From an uncultured archaeon (GTDB lineage Archaea > Thermoproteota > Nitrososphaeria > Nitrososphaerales > Gagatemarchaeaceae), in contig CAWFOU010000001.1 in the NCBI GenBank assembly GCA_963817525.1, positions 288,001-352,000 of the forward strand: a stretch of DNA of 64,000 nucleotides. The letters are read 5' to 3'. Positions 56,757 to 64,000 of the stretch are shown here, piece by piece. A program made the translations under genes and the position numbers. The notes under the pieces were generated by a model, which had not been told where the DNA came from, ran no database searches, and saw only the letters and a list, made by a program, of their open reading frames with translations. Each line of letters begins with the position of its first letter. The first letter of the stretch is position 1.

Positions 56757-56845
56757 TAACCGCCCTTCTCCCGAAGACGCACGAGAGCCGTTGGTCTATA
56801 CGCTAAAATACTTCGGCGGCCGTCGTTCTGGCACTCGTCAAATTG

Positions 56846-57250
56846 ATGCCCGAAAGGCTCCAGGTTGATTTGCTGACCGGATTCGCAATCGTCCTCTCCG
56901 CGACGTTAGTCCTCGACAAGGCGGGTGACTTCTTCTATCACAGGGGAATCGCAAAGCCCTTCTACCTCTTCGGCTACCGCCTGCACCACAGGCACGTCCT
57001 GCTCTCCATCGTGCCCGCCACCTACGTCGCGGTGGCGAGCCTCCTGTACGTGCACTACGCACGGGTCCTCTGGAGCTCCTTCTGGCCGAGCGTGGAGATC
57101 ACGCTCTTCCTGGCGGGCGCGTGTCTCACGATAGACATGACGCTGGATGCGCTCTCCGGGGTCGAGAAGAAGCGGGCGCTCCTACACCACGAGTGGCTGT
57201 ACGTGGTCGTCCCCGCCTATGCGTTCACGCACCTCGTGGCCCTGGTCTGA
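56846..57250 (+). CDS. Hypothetical membrane protein with His-rich motifs
   Basis: YRLHHRH and LLHHEW between TM helices. Confidence 0.65.
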   Translation: MPERLQVDLLTGFAIVLSATLVLDKAGDFFYHRGIAKPFYLFGYRLHHRHVLLSIVPATYVAVASLLYVHYARVLWSSFWPSVEITLFLAGACLTIDMTLDALSGVEKKRALLHHEWLYVVVPAYAFTHLVALV

Positions 57251-57282
57251 GCTCTTTCGGGCCGCCCCGAACGCTGCCTCTT

Positions 57283-58815
57283 CTAGGCCTTTACAAGCGG
57301 CGCCATTTCTGGGGCGCTCTCGACTGCTTGCTTCGTGGAGTCGACCTTCGGCTCGCGTGCCAGGTACCTCGACAGGCTCATGGACTTGAGCGTGAACATG
57401 CCGAACCCAACCAGCGACACCGACAGGAACCACACCCCCTGAACGAAGACCGGCACCGCGAGAGCTATCGCGGAGACGGCTAGCACCGCCTCCACTACTG
57501 CGTTGCGGTCGTTCGTGAGGTGCCTGAAGTAGGTCTTCCTGCTCGCCTTGCCTGTCCCCGAGTGGGGAGTTCGGTATTGGAAGAAGCCCGTCCTGTCGAA
57601 CACGCCGTAGAAGAAACCTATCGATGAGAGGCTGAGCATTGCGCCCGTTACGTATCCGAGCATTGGGATCATGACCACGTTCCTGGCCGTCATCAGCCCC
57701 TGCAGCCACAGGGCCCACGCGCCTGAAGCCATGGAGACCGCGAAAGGCACTGCGACAATCCCTATGTAGAGCGGGTTGTTGAATATCGAGTTGGCGGGCT
57801 CGATCACGCCCGCGACCACGGCGAACGCCGAGAGAAAGGTGACGAGTATCCAGCTAAAGCCCGAGAAGGGGCCTAGCAGCATCAGGAGGAGCCCCACCTT
57901 CTTCTGGAGGCTCACGTCCTTGGCAGTGGCTATGGTCTTCCAGTACTTTGCTATGCACCTCCACCACCCCTGCGACGTCCTCGCGACCTGCTTCTTCCAC
58001 GCCTCGAGGGTCGAGGGGTCCTCGCTCATTATCTTCACGCTGCTGAGGTATATCCCGCGCTTCCCCGCCAGGTAGAGCTTGATAGAGACGTCCCCGTCGT
58101 CCGCTATCCTCTCGTTTGACCACATCCCGACGTCCCTGAGGTCCTTTGTCCTGACGAGGGCGAACCCGCCCTGGAACGAGAACGGGGCGTCTATCTTGTA
58201 GGCCCCCATCTTGGAGAGCGTGTCCCCGATGTCCTGGGAGAGGGCGAAGAGCTTCGTGATCATGTTGTCGTTCCTGTTGTAGTGGCCGTACCTGAACGCG
58301 GCGAACGAGGCGCGTGGGTGGCTCTCGACCGCGGCGATCCCCTTCGTCAGGACGTCAGGTGGGACGACAGAGTCCGCGTCCAACAGGAGCACGAACTCCC
58401 CGACCACGCGCTCCATCGCCTTGTTGAGCGCCCCGCACTTGAAGTGCTCTCTGTTCGGCCGCCTGGACACGACTGTCGATATCCCAAGGTCGTTGAGCTC
58501 GCGGGCCTTCGCGTCGATCGCGTCGACGGTCTGATCGTTCGAGTCGTCCGCGACCACCACCTGGAGCCTGTCCTTTGGGTAGTCGATGAGCTTCACCGCG
58601 TCGAGCGTCTTCTCGATCACGAACTTCTCGTTGAAGCTCGCGATGAGGAGCGAGACCGTGGGGTGGCTCTCGAGCCGCACGTACTGGTTCGTCAGGTTCC
58701 TAGGGTAGCGCGTGGAAGTGGCGAGGAGAACGACCCAGTAGTACTCGAGCGCGAGGACAGGAATCGTGATGACAATAGTGATCGCTTCCACAAGTTGCCA
58801 TATCTGAATTACCAT
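57283..58815 (-). CDS. Membrane GT2 glycosyltransferase (cellulose-synthase-like)
   Basis: FNE, DDSND, KCGALN, DAD, ADD, KQVARTSQGW (QxxRW variant), C-terminal TMs. Confidence 0.9.
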   Translation of the reverse strand: MVIQIWQLVEAITIVITIPVLALEYYWVVLLATSTRYPRNLTNQYVRLESHPTVSLLIASFNEKFVIEKTLDAVKLIDYPKDRLQVVVADDSNDQTVDAIDAKARELNDLGISTVVSRRPNREHFKCGALNKAMERVVGEFVLLLDADSVVPPDVLTKGIAAVESHPRASFAAFRYGHYNRNDNMITKLFALSQDIGDTLSKMGAYKIDAPFSFQGGFALVRTKDLRDVGMWSNERIADDGDVSIKLYLAGKRGIYLSSVKIMSEDPSTLEAWKKQVARTSQGWWRCIAKYWKTIATAKDVSLQKKVGLLLMLLGPFSGFSWILVTFLSAFAVVAGVIEPANSIFNNPLYIGIVAVPFAVSMASGAWALWLQGLMTARNVVMIPMLGYVTGAMLSLSSIGFFYGVFDRTGFFQYRTPHSGTGKASRKTYFRHLTNDRNAVVEAVLAVSAIALAVPVFVQGVWFLSVSLVGFGMFTLKSMSLSRYLAREPKVDSTKQAVESAPEMAPLVKA

Positions 58816-58975
58816 GAATCGAGTCCCGGGAAAGCCTTCGTCAACCTTACGAATCGAGTATGTAAGTTTTGGGCCGGCTCCCTTCACCGCGGGGTCGCCT
58901 CGGCGGCCCGCCTCGAGGAGATGACGACCGGACTCCCCCCGGATATATAGGCGGCCAAGGCACCCAGCGAGAAAG

Positions 58976-60157
58976 ACGACGGCAGCGCACAAGGTCTACT
59001 TTGCAATCTTCGGCTCGGGACTGGGCCACGCGACCAGGGTCATGGACATCGGCAAGCGCCTCTCGGCAGAGGAGTGCGCCCTGCGCTACTCCTGCTCGGG
59101 CCAAGGCTTCCGATACATCCGGACGCACAGTCCCGCCGCGGACACACTGGAGTGCCCTCCGCTCGACGTGGAATGGACGGAGGAGGGGAGCTTCTCCGGG
59201 AGGGACTTCATGGTGCACTTCCCCGTGATGCTCCGCTCCTTCGCCAAGCAGGTCGCCTTCGAGGCTGAGAGCATAGCAAAGTTCGACCCGGCGGTTGCCG
59301 CCTCCGACTCGAGGCTGTCGGCCGTCCTGGCGGCCAGGTCGAGGTCCTACCCTGTCGTCACCCTCCTGAACCAGTTCAAGGTCACCCTCCCCCCAAGATA
59401 CAGGGGCGACGCGCTGGGGGGCCTCTACGAGAGGATCGCAGGCAACGGCCTCGGGCTCTTGTGGTCGTTGAGCGAGCAGGTGCTGCTCACTGACCTTCCC
59501 CCGCCCTACACGATCGGGGAGGCCAACGTCGCCGGGACGGACCTCTCCAGGATAGTGAAGTACGTCGGTTTCACCTCCCCGGGCCTCGAGATCGACGAGG
59601 ACCGGCTTCTGAAGGCGAGAGAGGTCCTCGACAACGACCCGCGCCCCCTGATATTCTTCCAGATCAGCGGGCCCGACGCGACTAAGAAGAGGTTCATCGA
59701 GATCGTCCTTGGGTCGGTCGGGGGCCTCTCCGCGAGGTACAAGGTGGTCGTCTCAATGGGCTACCTGGGAGGCTCTGGAGAGCCCAGGAGGCTCGCCGGC
59801 GGGGCGCTCCTCTACGACTGGTGCCCCATCAAGGACGAGCTCTTCACCCTCTCTGAGGTGCTGGTGGGGAGGTCCGGCCATCGGACGATAGGTCAGTGCA
59901 TCGACGCGGGGAAGCCGGCCGTCCTCGTCCCCATCCACAACCACTCGGAGCAGATCGGGAACGCCGAGAAGTTCCAGAGCCTAGGGCTGGGGATCGCCAT
60001 CCTCCCGGGAGACCTCGAACCAGGTCGACTCATCGAGGCCATCGACTCGTGCGTCCAAGACCCGAAGTACAAGAGGAACCTAGAGTCGGTCGGGCGCGTC
60101 TCGAAGAGATACAGGGGCGTCGAGAGGTGCGCTGAGATCATCAGGTCGTACGCCTGA
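58976..60157 (+). CDS. GT-B glycosyltransferase (MJ1255/GT28-like); no canonical start upstream of the conserved N-term
   Basis: In-frame KVYFAIFGSGLGHATR from 58991; RSGHRTI, P..HSEQIGNA. Confidence 0.8.
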   Translation, partial: TTAAHKVYFAIFGSGLGHATRVMDIGKRLSAEECALRYSCSGQGFRYIRTHSPAADTLECPPLDVEWTEEGSFSGRDFMVHFPVMLRSFAKQVAFEAESIAKFDPAVAASDSRLSAVLAARSRSYPVVTLLNQFKVTLPPRYRGDALGGLYERIAGNGLGLLWSLSEQVLLTDLPPPYTIGEANVAGTDLSRIVKYVGFTSPGLEIDEDRLLKAREVLDNDPRPLIFFQISGPDATKKRFIEIVLGSVGGLSARYKVVVSMGYLGGSGEPRRLAGGALLYDWCPIKDELFTLSEVLVGRSGHRTIGQCIDAGKPAVLVPIHNHSEQIGNAEKFQSLGLGIAILPGDLEPGRLIEAIDSCVQDPKYKRNLESVGRVSKRYRGVERCAEIIRSYA

Positions 60158-60169
60158 CCGCAGACCGCC

Positions 60170-60862
60170 TCACCCCTCGCCAGAGATGAAGCGCTCGAAC
60201 TCGCTCAGCGACGCGGGCGTCCCGATCTCGAAGAAACGTTCCCCCACGGAAAAGGCGAGGAGCTCCTCGCGCCTTATCAGCTCCCCGTAGAACGCCTCCT
60301 CGCCGAACTCCTTCCCCGTCGGGATCAACCCAAGGGCGCGCCTCGTCAGGGCCGACACTCCGAAGTTCACCCACTCCATGCCGTTCCCTCCGCCCTTGTC
60401 GTACCTGACTACCTGGCCGCCGCTCACGACGACGTCGCTCCTTCCGTGCCTCCCGTGGTTCTCGTACACGGCCATCACCCCCATCTTGCCCGACTCCACG
60501 AGCGCGTTCATCATCCCTCTATAGTCCATCCGCAGATAGGCGTCGCCGTACGTGACGAAGAAGCGCTCCGAGAGGAGGGGCTCGGCTCGCTTGAGCGCCC
60601 CGGCCGGCCCGAGAAGCTTCGGCCCGTCATAGCTATACCTCACCCTTACCCCCCACCCGCCGCCGTCCCCAAAGTGGGCCTCCACCTTCTCGCCCAAGTA
60701 CCCCACGCAGAGCACAAAGTCCTCAATCCCGCTCCGCCTCAGCAGGCCTATCTCATGCTCCAGGAAGGGCTTCCCTCCCACCAAGACCATCGGCTTGGGC
60801 ACCTGTTTGGTGAGGCTGCCCAGCCTCGTGCCAAGTCCCCCCACGAGTATCGCAGCCTGCAA
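60170..60862 (-). CDS. Sugar-phosphate nucleotidyltransferase (HddC-like)
   Basis: LVGGLGTRL..PKPM, LGPAGAL, YGDAY, EIGTP. Confidence 0.9.
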   Translation of the reverse strand: MQAAILVGGLGTRLGSLTKQVPKPMVLVGGKPFLEHEIGLLRRSGIEDFVLCVGYLGEKVEAHFGDGGGWGVRVRYSYDGPKLLGPAGALKRAEPLLSERFFVTYGDAYLRMDYRGMMNALVESGKMGVMAVYENHGRHGRSDVVVSGGQVVRYDKGGGNGMEWVNFGVSALTRRALGLIPTGKEFGEEAFYGELIRREELLAFSVGERFFEIGTPASLSEFERFISGEG

Positions 60863-60878
60863 GCGCGAGCCCTCCGTC

Positions 60879-61883
60879 TCAGACGTTGTAGATTACCTTG
60901 CTGCCTTCGAAGTCGAACCTGAACCTCATCTCCGTCAGTCCTTGTCGCGCGAGCGCCGCCCTGACCTTCTCCCTTCCCTCCTGGCAGAAGAGCATGAGGA
61001 AGCCCCCGCCTCCCGCCCCGACGAGCTTCCCACCGAGCGCCCCCGCCTTCCTCGCGGCAGAGTACCACGAGTCCACCTTGCCTGTGCTCATCCCCTCCGT
61101 GATCCCGCGCTTCACCGTCCAGTGCTCGTGGAGCAGCTCGCCGAACCTCCCGAGGTCTCCGGACTCGAGGGCCTTCTTGCTCTCCTGGCCTATCGCCTTT
61201 ATCGCATGCATCTTCTTGACCGCCTCCCCCGCGCTCTCCGAGACCTTCGCCTGCTGCCTTCCCAGGATTTCCGATGCGCTCCGCGTGATCCCCGTGTAGA
61301 ACATCATTATCCCGTACTCGAGTTCGGAGAGCGTGCTCTCTGAGATCTCGAGCTTCGTGGATGTGACTCGCCCACGGGCGTCTATCTCGTACGACCTTAT
61401 CCCTCCCAGGCTGGCGGTGTACTCGTCCTGCTTCCCCGAAGGCTCCCCCAGCCTGTTCATCGCGATGTCGCACGCCGCCTCGGCGACCTCCTCGGGGGTC
61501 TTGACTGTCCTCTCCCGCGCGTAGAGGGCGTTGAGCAGCCCGACGGTGAAGCTCCCCGACGACCCGAGGCCTGTCGAGGCGGGGACGTCTGCGAGGGAGA
61601 CTATCTCTAGCTTGTCCCTCATGCCCAGGAGCTTGAGCGACTCCCGCACGGAGGGATGGCGTATCTGCTCGACGGACTCGACGATCTCCGTCTTGCTATA
61701 GCTCAGCCTTATCCCGGGCTCGAACCTGTCGTTCAGGACGATGTGCATGTACTTGTCGACCGCCCCCGAGATGAAGAATCCGCCGTGCTGCTTGTAGTAC
61801 GCGGGCAGGTCCGTCCCGCCACCCCCGAGCGACAGTCTGAAAGGGGTCCTTGAGACGATCAAAGAAGGATGAGGCCGCTCCAA
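60879..61883 (-). CDS. GHMP sugar kinase (HddA-like heptose-7-phosphate kinase)
   Basis: RTPFRLSLGGGGTDLP, PASTGLGSSG, GKQDEY, GGKLVGAGGGGF. Confidence 0.9.
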   Translation of the reverse strand: MERPHPSLIVSRTPFRLSLGGGGTDLPAYYKQHGGFFISGAVDKYMHIVLNDRFEPGIRLSYSKTEIVESVEQIRHPSVRESLKLLGMRDKLEIVSLADVPASTGLGSSGSFTVGLLNALYARERTVKTPEEVAEAACDIAMNRLGEPSGKQDEYTASLGGIRSYEIDARGRVTSTKLEISESTLSELEYGIMMFYTGITRSASEILGRQQAKVSESAGEAVKKMHAIKAIGQESKKALESGDLGRFGELLHEHWTVKRGITEGMSTGKVDSWYSAARKAGALGGKLVGAGGGGFLMLFCQEGREKVRAALARQGLTEMRFRFDFEGSKVIYNV

Positions 61884-62115
61884 TCCATCACGTTGTCGTG
61901 TTCTTCGACCGACTCAACCGATTCCATGTGTGATGTATAGAAAAATCAGTATTTACGGGCTTTTCTGTACGTAGAATCAGTAACCGAATGGCTCTTGTGG
62001 GTCATAGGGAGCTATCTCGTTTGGTCTCTCATGCTACATTGTCGGCGCAAGGCCGATTGTCTGTTCTACGAATTAGCATTATAACCCACAAGTAGGAGAT
62101 GTCCTCACTGAAGCA

Positions 62116-62709
62116 ATGTCACACCCGCCGAGCCCAATGATCTTTGTGGCGGCCTTCTCAACCGTCTCTATCCTCACACTGTTCTTCGTTCTCTCCCCTT
62201 ACGTCTTCCCCTATCATGACGCCGGAGCGCTCGTATTGAGCTCCTCCGCAGGCCCAGTAAACGTGGGGGAGAACCAGACGGTTACCGTGACGGTCACGGA
62301 ACGGAACACGCTCTGGTATCCAGACGTCCTCCCCTTCACTAACGCGCTAACATCGCAGAACCTCTCGTCGACGCCATGCGGAGGGCTCTTCCCATTCGGC
62401 ATCGCTGTCTTCGAGGGTCACGACACCCAGGCCAACCTCTCGTCGGTCAAAGCCGTCGAGGTCTTCGACGTGTTCTCCGTCTACTTCTGCCCCGCCTCGG
62501 CGGGGCCGCACCCTTTCACCTTCCAGCCCCAGCAGACGGTGACCAGACAGACCAGCTTCGATGGGTACTGGACGTCCGGTGAGACTCCGCATCCGGGCGG
62601 CGGCGTTTCGGAGGGCGTGCTTCACCCGTTCGAGCCGGGAGCGTATACCTTCCTTGTCGGCGACGAATGGGGCCACACGCAGCTGCTGTACTTTCAGGTA
62701 ACGTCCTAG
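62116..62709 (+). CDS. Membrane-anchored secreted hypothetical protein (beta-rich)
   Basis: N-terminal TM, PGAYTFLVGDEWG C-terminal motif. Confidence 0.7.
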   Translation: MSHPPSPMIFVAAFSTVSILTLFFVLSPYVFPYHDAGALVLSSSAGPVNVGENQTVTVTVTERNTLWYPDVLPFTNALTSQNLSSTPCGGLFPFGIAVFEGHDTQANLSSVKAVEVFDVFSVYFCPASAGPHPFTFQPQQTVTRQTSFDGYWTSGETPHPGGGVSEGVLHPFEPGAYTFLVGDEWGHTQLLYFQVTS

Positions 62710-63067
62710 CAGCCCGCTCAGGCCTCTTAGGCGCCCATCCTGAAGTGATGTCTCTTTGGACGCGTCATGAAGCAAAAGGCCCACCACGAAGCCGAAGAGC
62801 GTCATCAGGAAGTACTCCTCGTCCGGATGGAGGACGTATACTCTTTTTAGAACTTCCTGAGCGACGAGGGGAGGACGCTCTTCACGACCAAATCGAAGGG
62901 GGTTGCTCCCTGGCTGGGTTCTCGGGTGAAGGCAATGAACCCCTTCGAAATCTTCCAAGTTCTTGAAGATGCCCCCGGCGAATCTTGCAAAAAATTCGAT
63001 GTAGAAGGACTTCAAAACTCTAGAACTAAATAGAATCGGAGCTCTCTGGCCCTACCAGGCGACGAAG

Positions 63068-64000
63068 TTGTCTGAATATCGCGGTAGAATCGCAATAGGC
63101 GTGATAGTTGTCGTAGTCATTTCTGTAGGGTTCGCGGTCGAGTTGAACAACTTCCTGCCTGCCAATTCCGTCACGACGACGGGTTCTTCCAACTCGTCCT
63201 CACAGAGCGGGTCCACTTCAACGGTCACGGGAACCCTAGGAACCACGCCCGGCAACTGCCCCTCAGCTACCAATCAGACTTCAGAAGGATACCGGCTTGC
63301 CCTATATGCGCCCTCCACCGTCACCGCGGGGCAAACCGTGTGCATCAACACCAGTTTCATGAATATCTCCAACCAATCCGACCTGGCTCCAAAGAGCGAA
63401 TATGTGGTGGTGAGGAACTCGCCCTCGGGTGCACCTAGCTACATATTCCTCCAGACAACCTGCTTCTACTCGGGAGGGACCAGCAGCTTTGGCCCCGACA
63501 GTCTTGGCTGGAATTGCAGCGTGAGCTGGAACACAGCGAAGTCTTACGACGGTCTTGTCGCCACGAATGGCCTGTACACTGTCTGGGCGGTTGTGACCTA
63601 CTCGTGGGAGGCGACCCCAATCTTTGCAGTTGGCGACATAAACGTTAGGTCGACTGGCAATGAGTCGACGACCTCGACTTCGCAAACGGCGACCCAGCCT
63701 GTCAACGGGAGCAGCGGTGTCCCCACCTGCACGTTCCTAAACGGCCAGACTCACGTGCTGTTCCCGCCGCTTCAGCAGAGCGGCCCGATCTACCTCAAGG
63801 TGATCACATCGCAGGGGACTCTGACGAATGGGACGGTTTTCGCCGCACACCAGGCGTCGGCCTCTGACTCGCAGGGCTCCGCTGACTATTGCATCTCCCT
63901 GTCTGCGGATACCAACTCCACAGGATTCATGCAAATATCTGACACCGGAGCCGTCGAAACCAACGGGCTTCCTCTCGGCGGCGCGTACAACTTCACCGTG
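63068..64000 (+). CDS. Secreted S/T-rich protein, 3'-truncated by the window
   Basis: TTG 63068, MSEYRGRIAIGVIVVVVISVGF signal/TM, open frame to the window end, many N-x-S/T sequons. Confidence 0.75.
   Translation, partial: MSEYRGRIAIGVIVVVVISVGFAVELNNFLPANSVTTTGSSNSSSQSGSTSTVTGTLGTTPGNCPSATNQTSEGYRLALYAPSTVTAGQTVCINTSFMNISNQSDLAPKSEYVVVRNSPSGAPSYIFLQTTCFYSGGTSSFGPDSLGWNCSVSWNTAKSYDGLVATNGLYTVWAVVTYSWEATPIFAVGDINVRSTGNESTTSTSQTATQPVNGSSGVPTCTFLNGQTHVLFPPLQQSGPIYLKVITSQGTLTNGTVFAAHQASASDSQGSADYCISLSADTNSTGFMQISDTGAVETNGLPLGGAYNFTV

Noticed and set aside
62740-63035. Lower-GC stretch that might be a gene remnant
   Set aside because: Interrupted frames and no recognisable family; cannot be supported.
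1-64000. tRNA or rRNA genes
   Set aside because: No cloverleaf or rRNA-like sequence recognised in intergenic gaps by eye; tRNAscan/Infernal would be decisive.

Overview
GC-rich archaeal chromosome segment. The gene set (smc-scpA-scpB, TFB, TFEbeta/Rpc34-like, Rpo12, S30e, GatDE, Nop5/fibrillarin, NurA-HerA) suggests Nitrososphaerota/TACK, which is an inference. It is mostly housekeeping genes with several accessory inserts. Main result: two protein-coding genes, rnhB and an rps30e missed by the ORF track, are each interrupted near the 5' end by a frame-breaking micro-intron (29 nt and 31 nt). Both fold into tRNA-type bulge-helix-bulge (BHB) splice motifs, and cutting at the canonical positions restores the conserved protein motifs (DEAGRGC; MPTHGSLTKAGK). 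Each of these genes lies directly downstream of a lower-GC, frameshifted, free-standing homing-endonuclease-like ORF: a LAGLIDADG+wHTH gene for rnhB and a Zn-finger/NUMOD3-like+PD-(D/E)xK gene for rps30e. This suggests a nuclease plus protective micro-intron (collaborative homing) system. Also present are an intact TnpB element inserted into a TATA box, an internally deleted TnpB remnant, a duplicated phoU 3' end bracketing a regulatory islet, paired palindromes at the nurA-herA promoter, and a GcvH-like/TusA fusion lacking the lipoyl lysine. All calls come from reading the sequence by eye; no searches were run.
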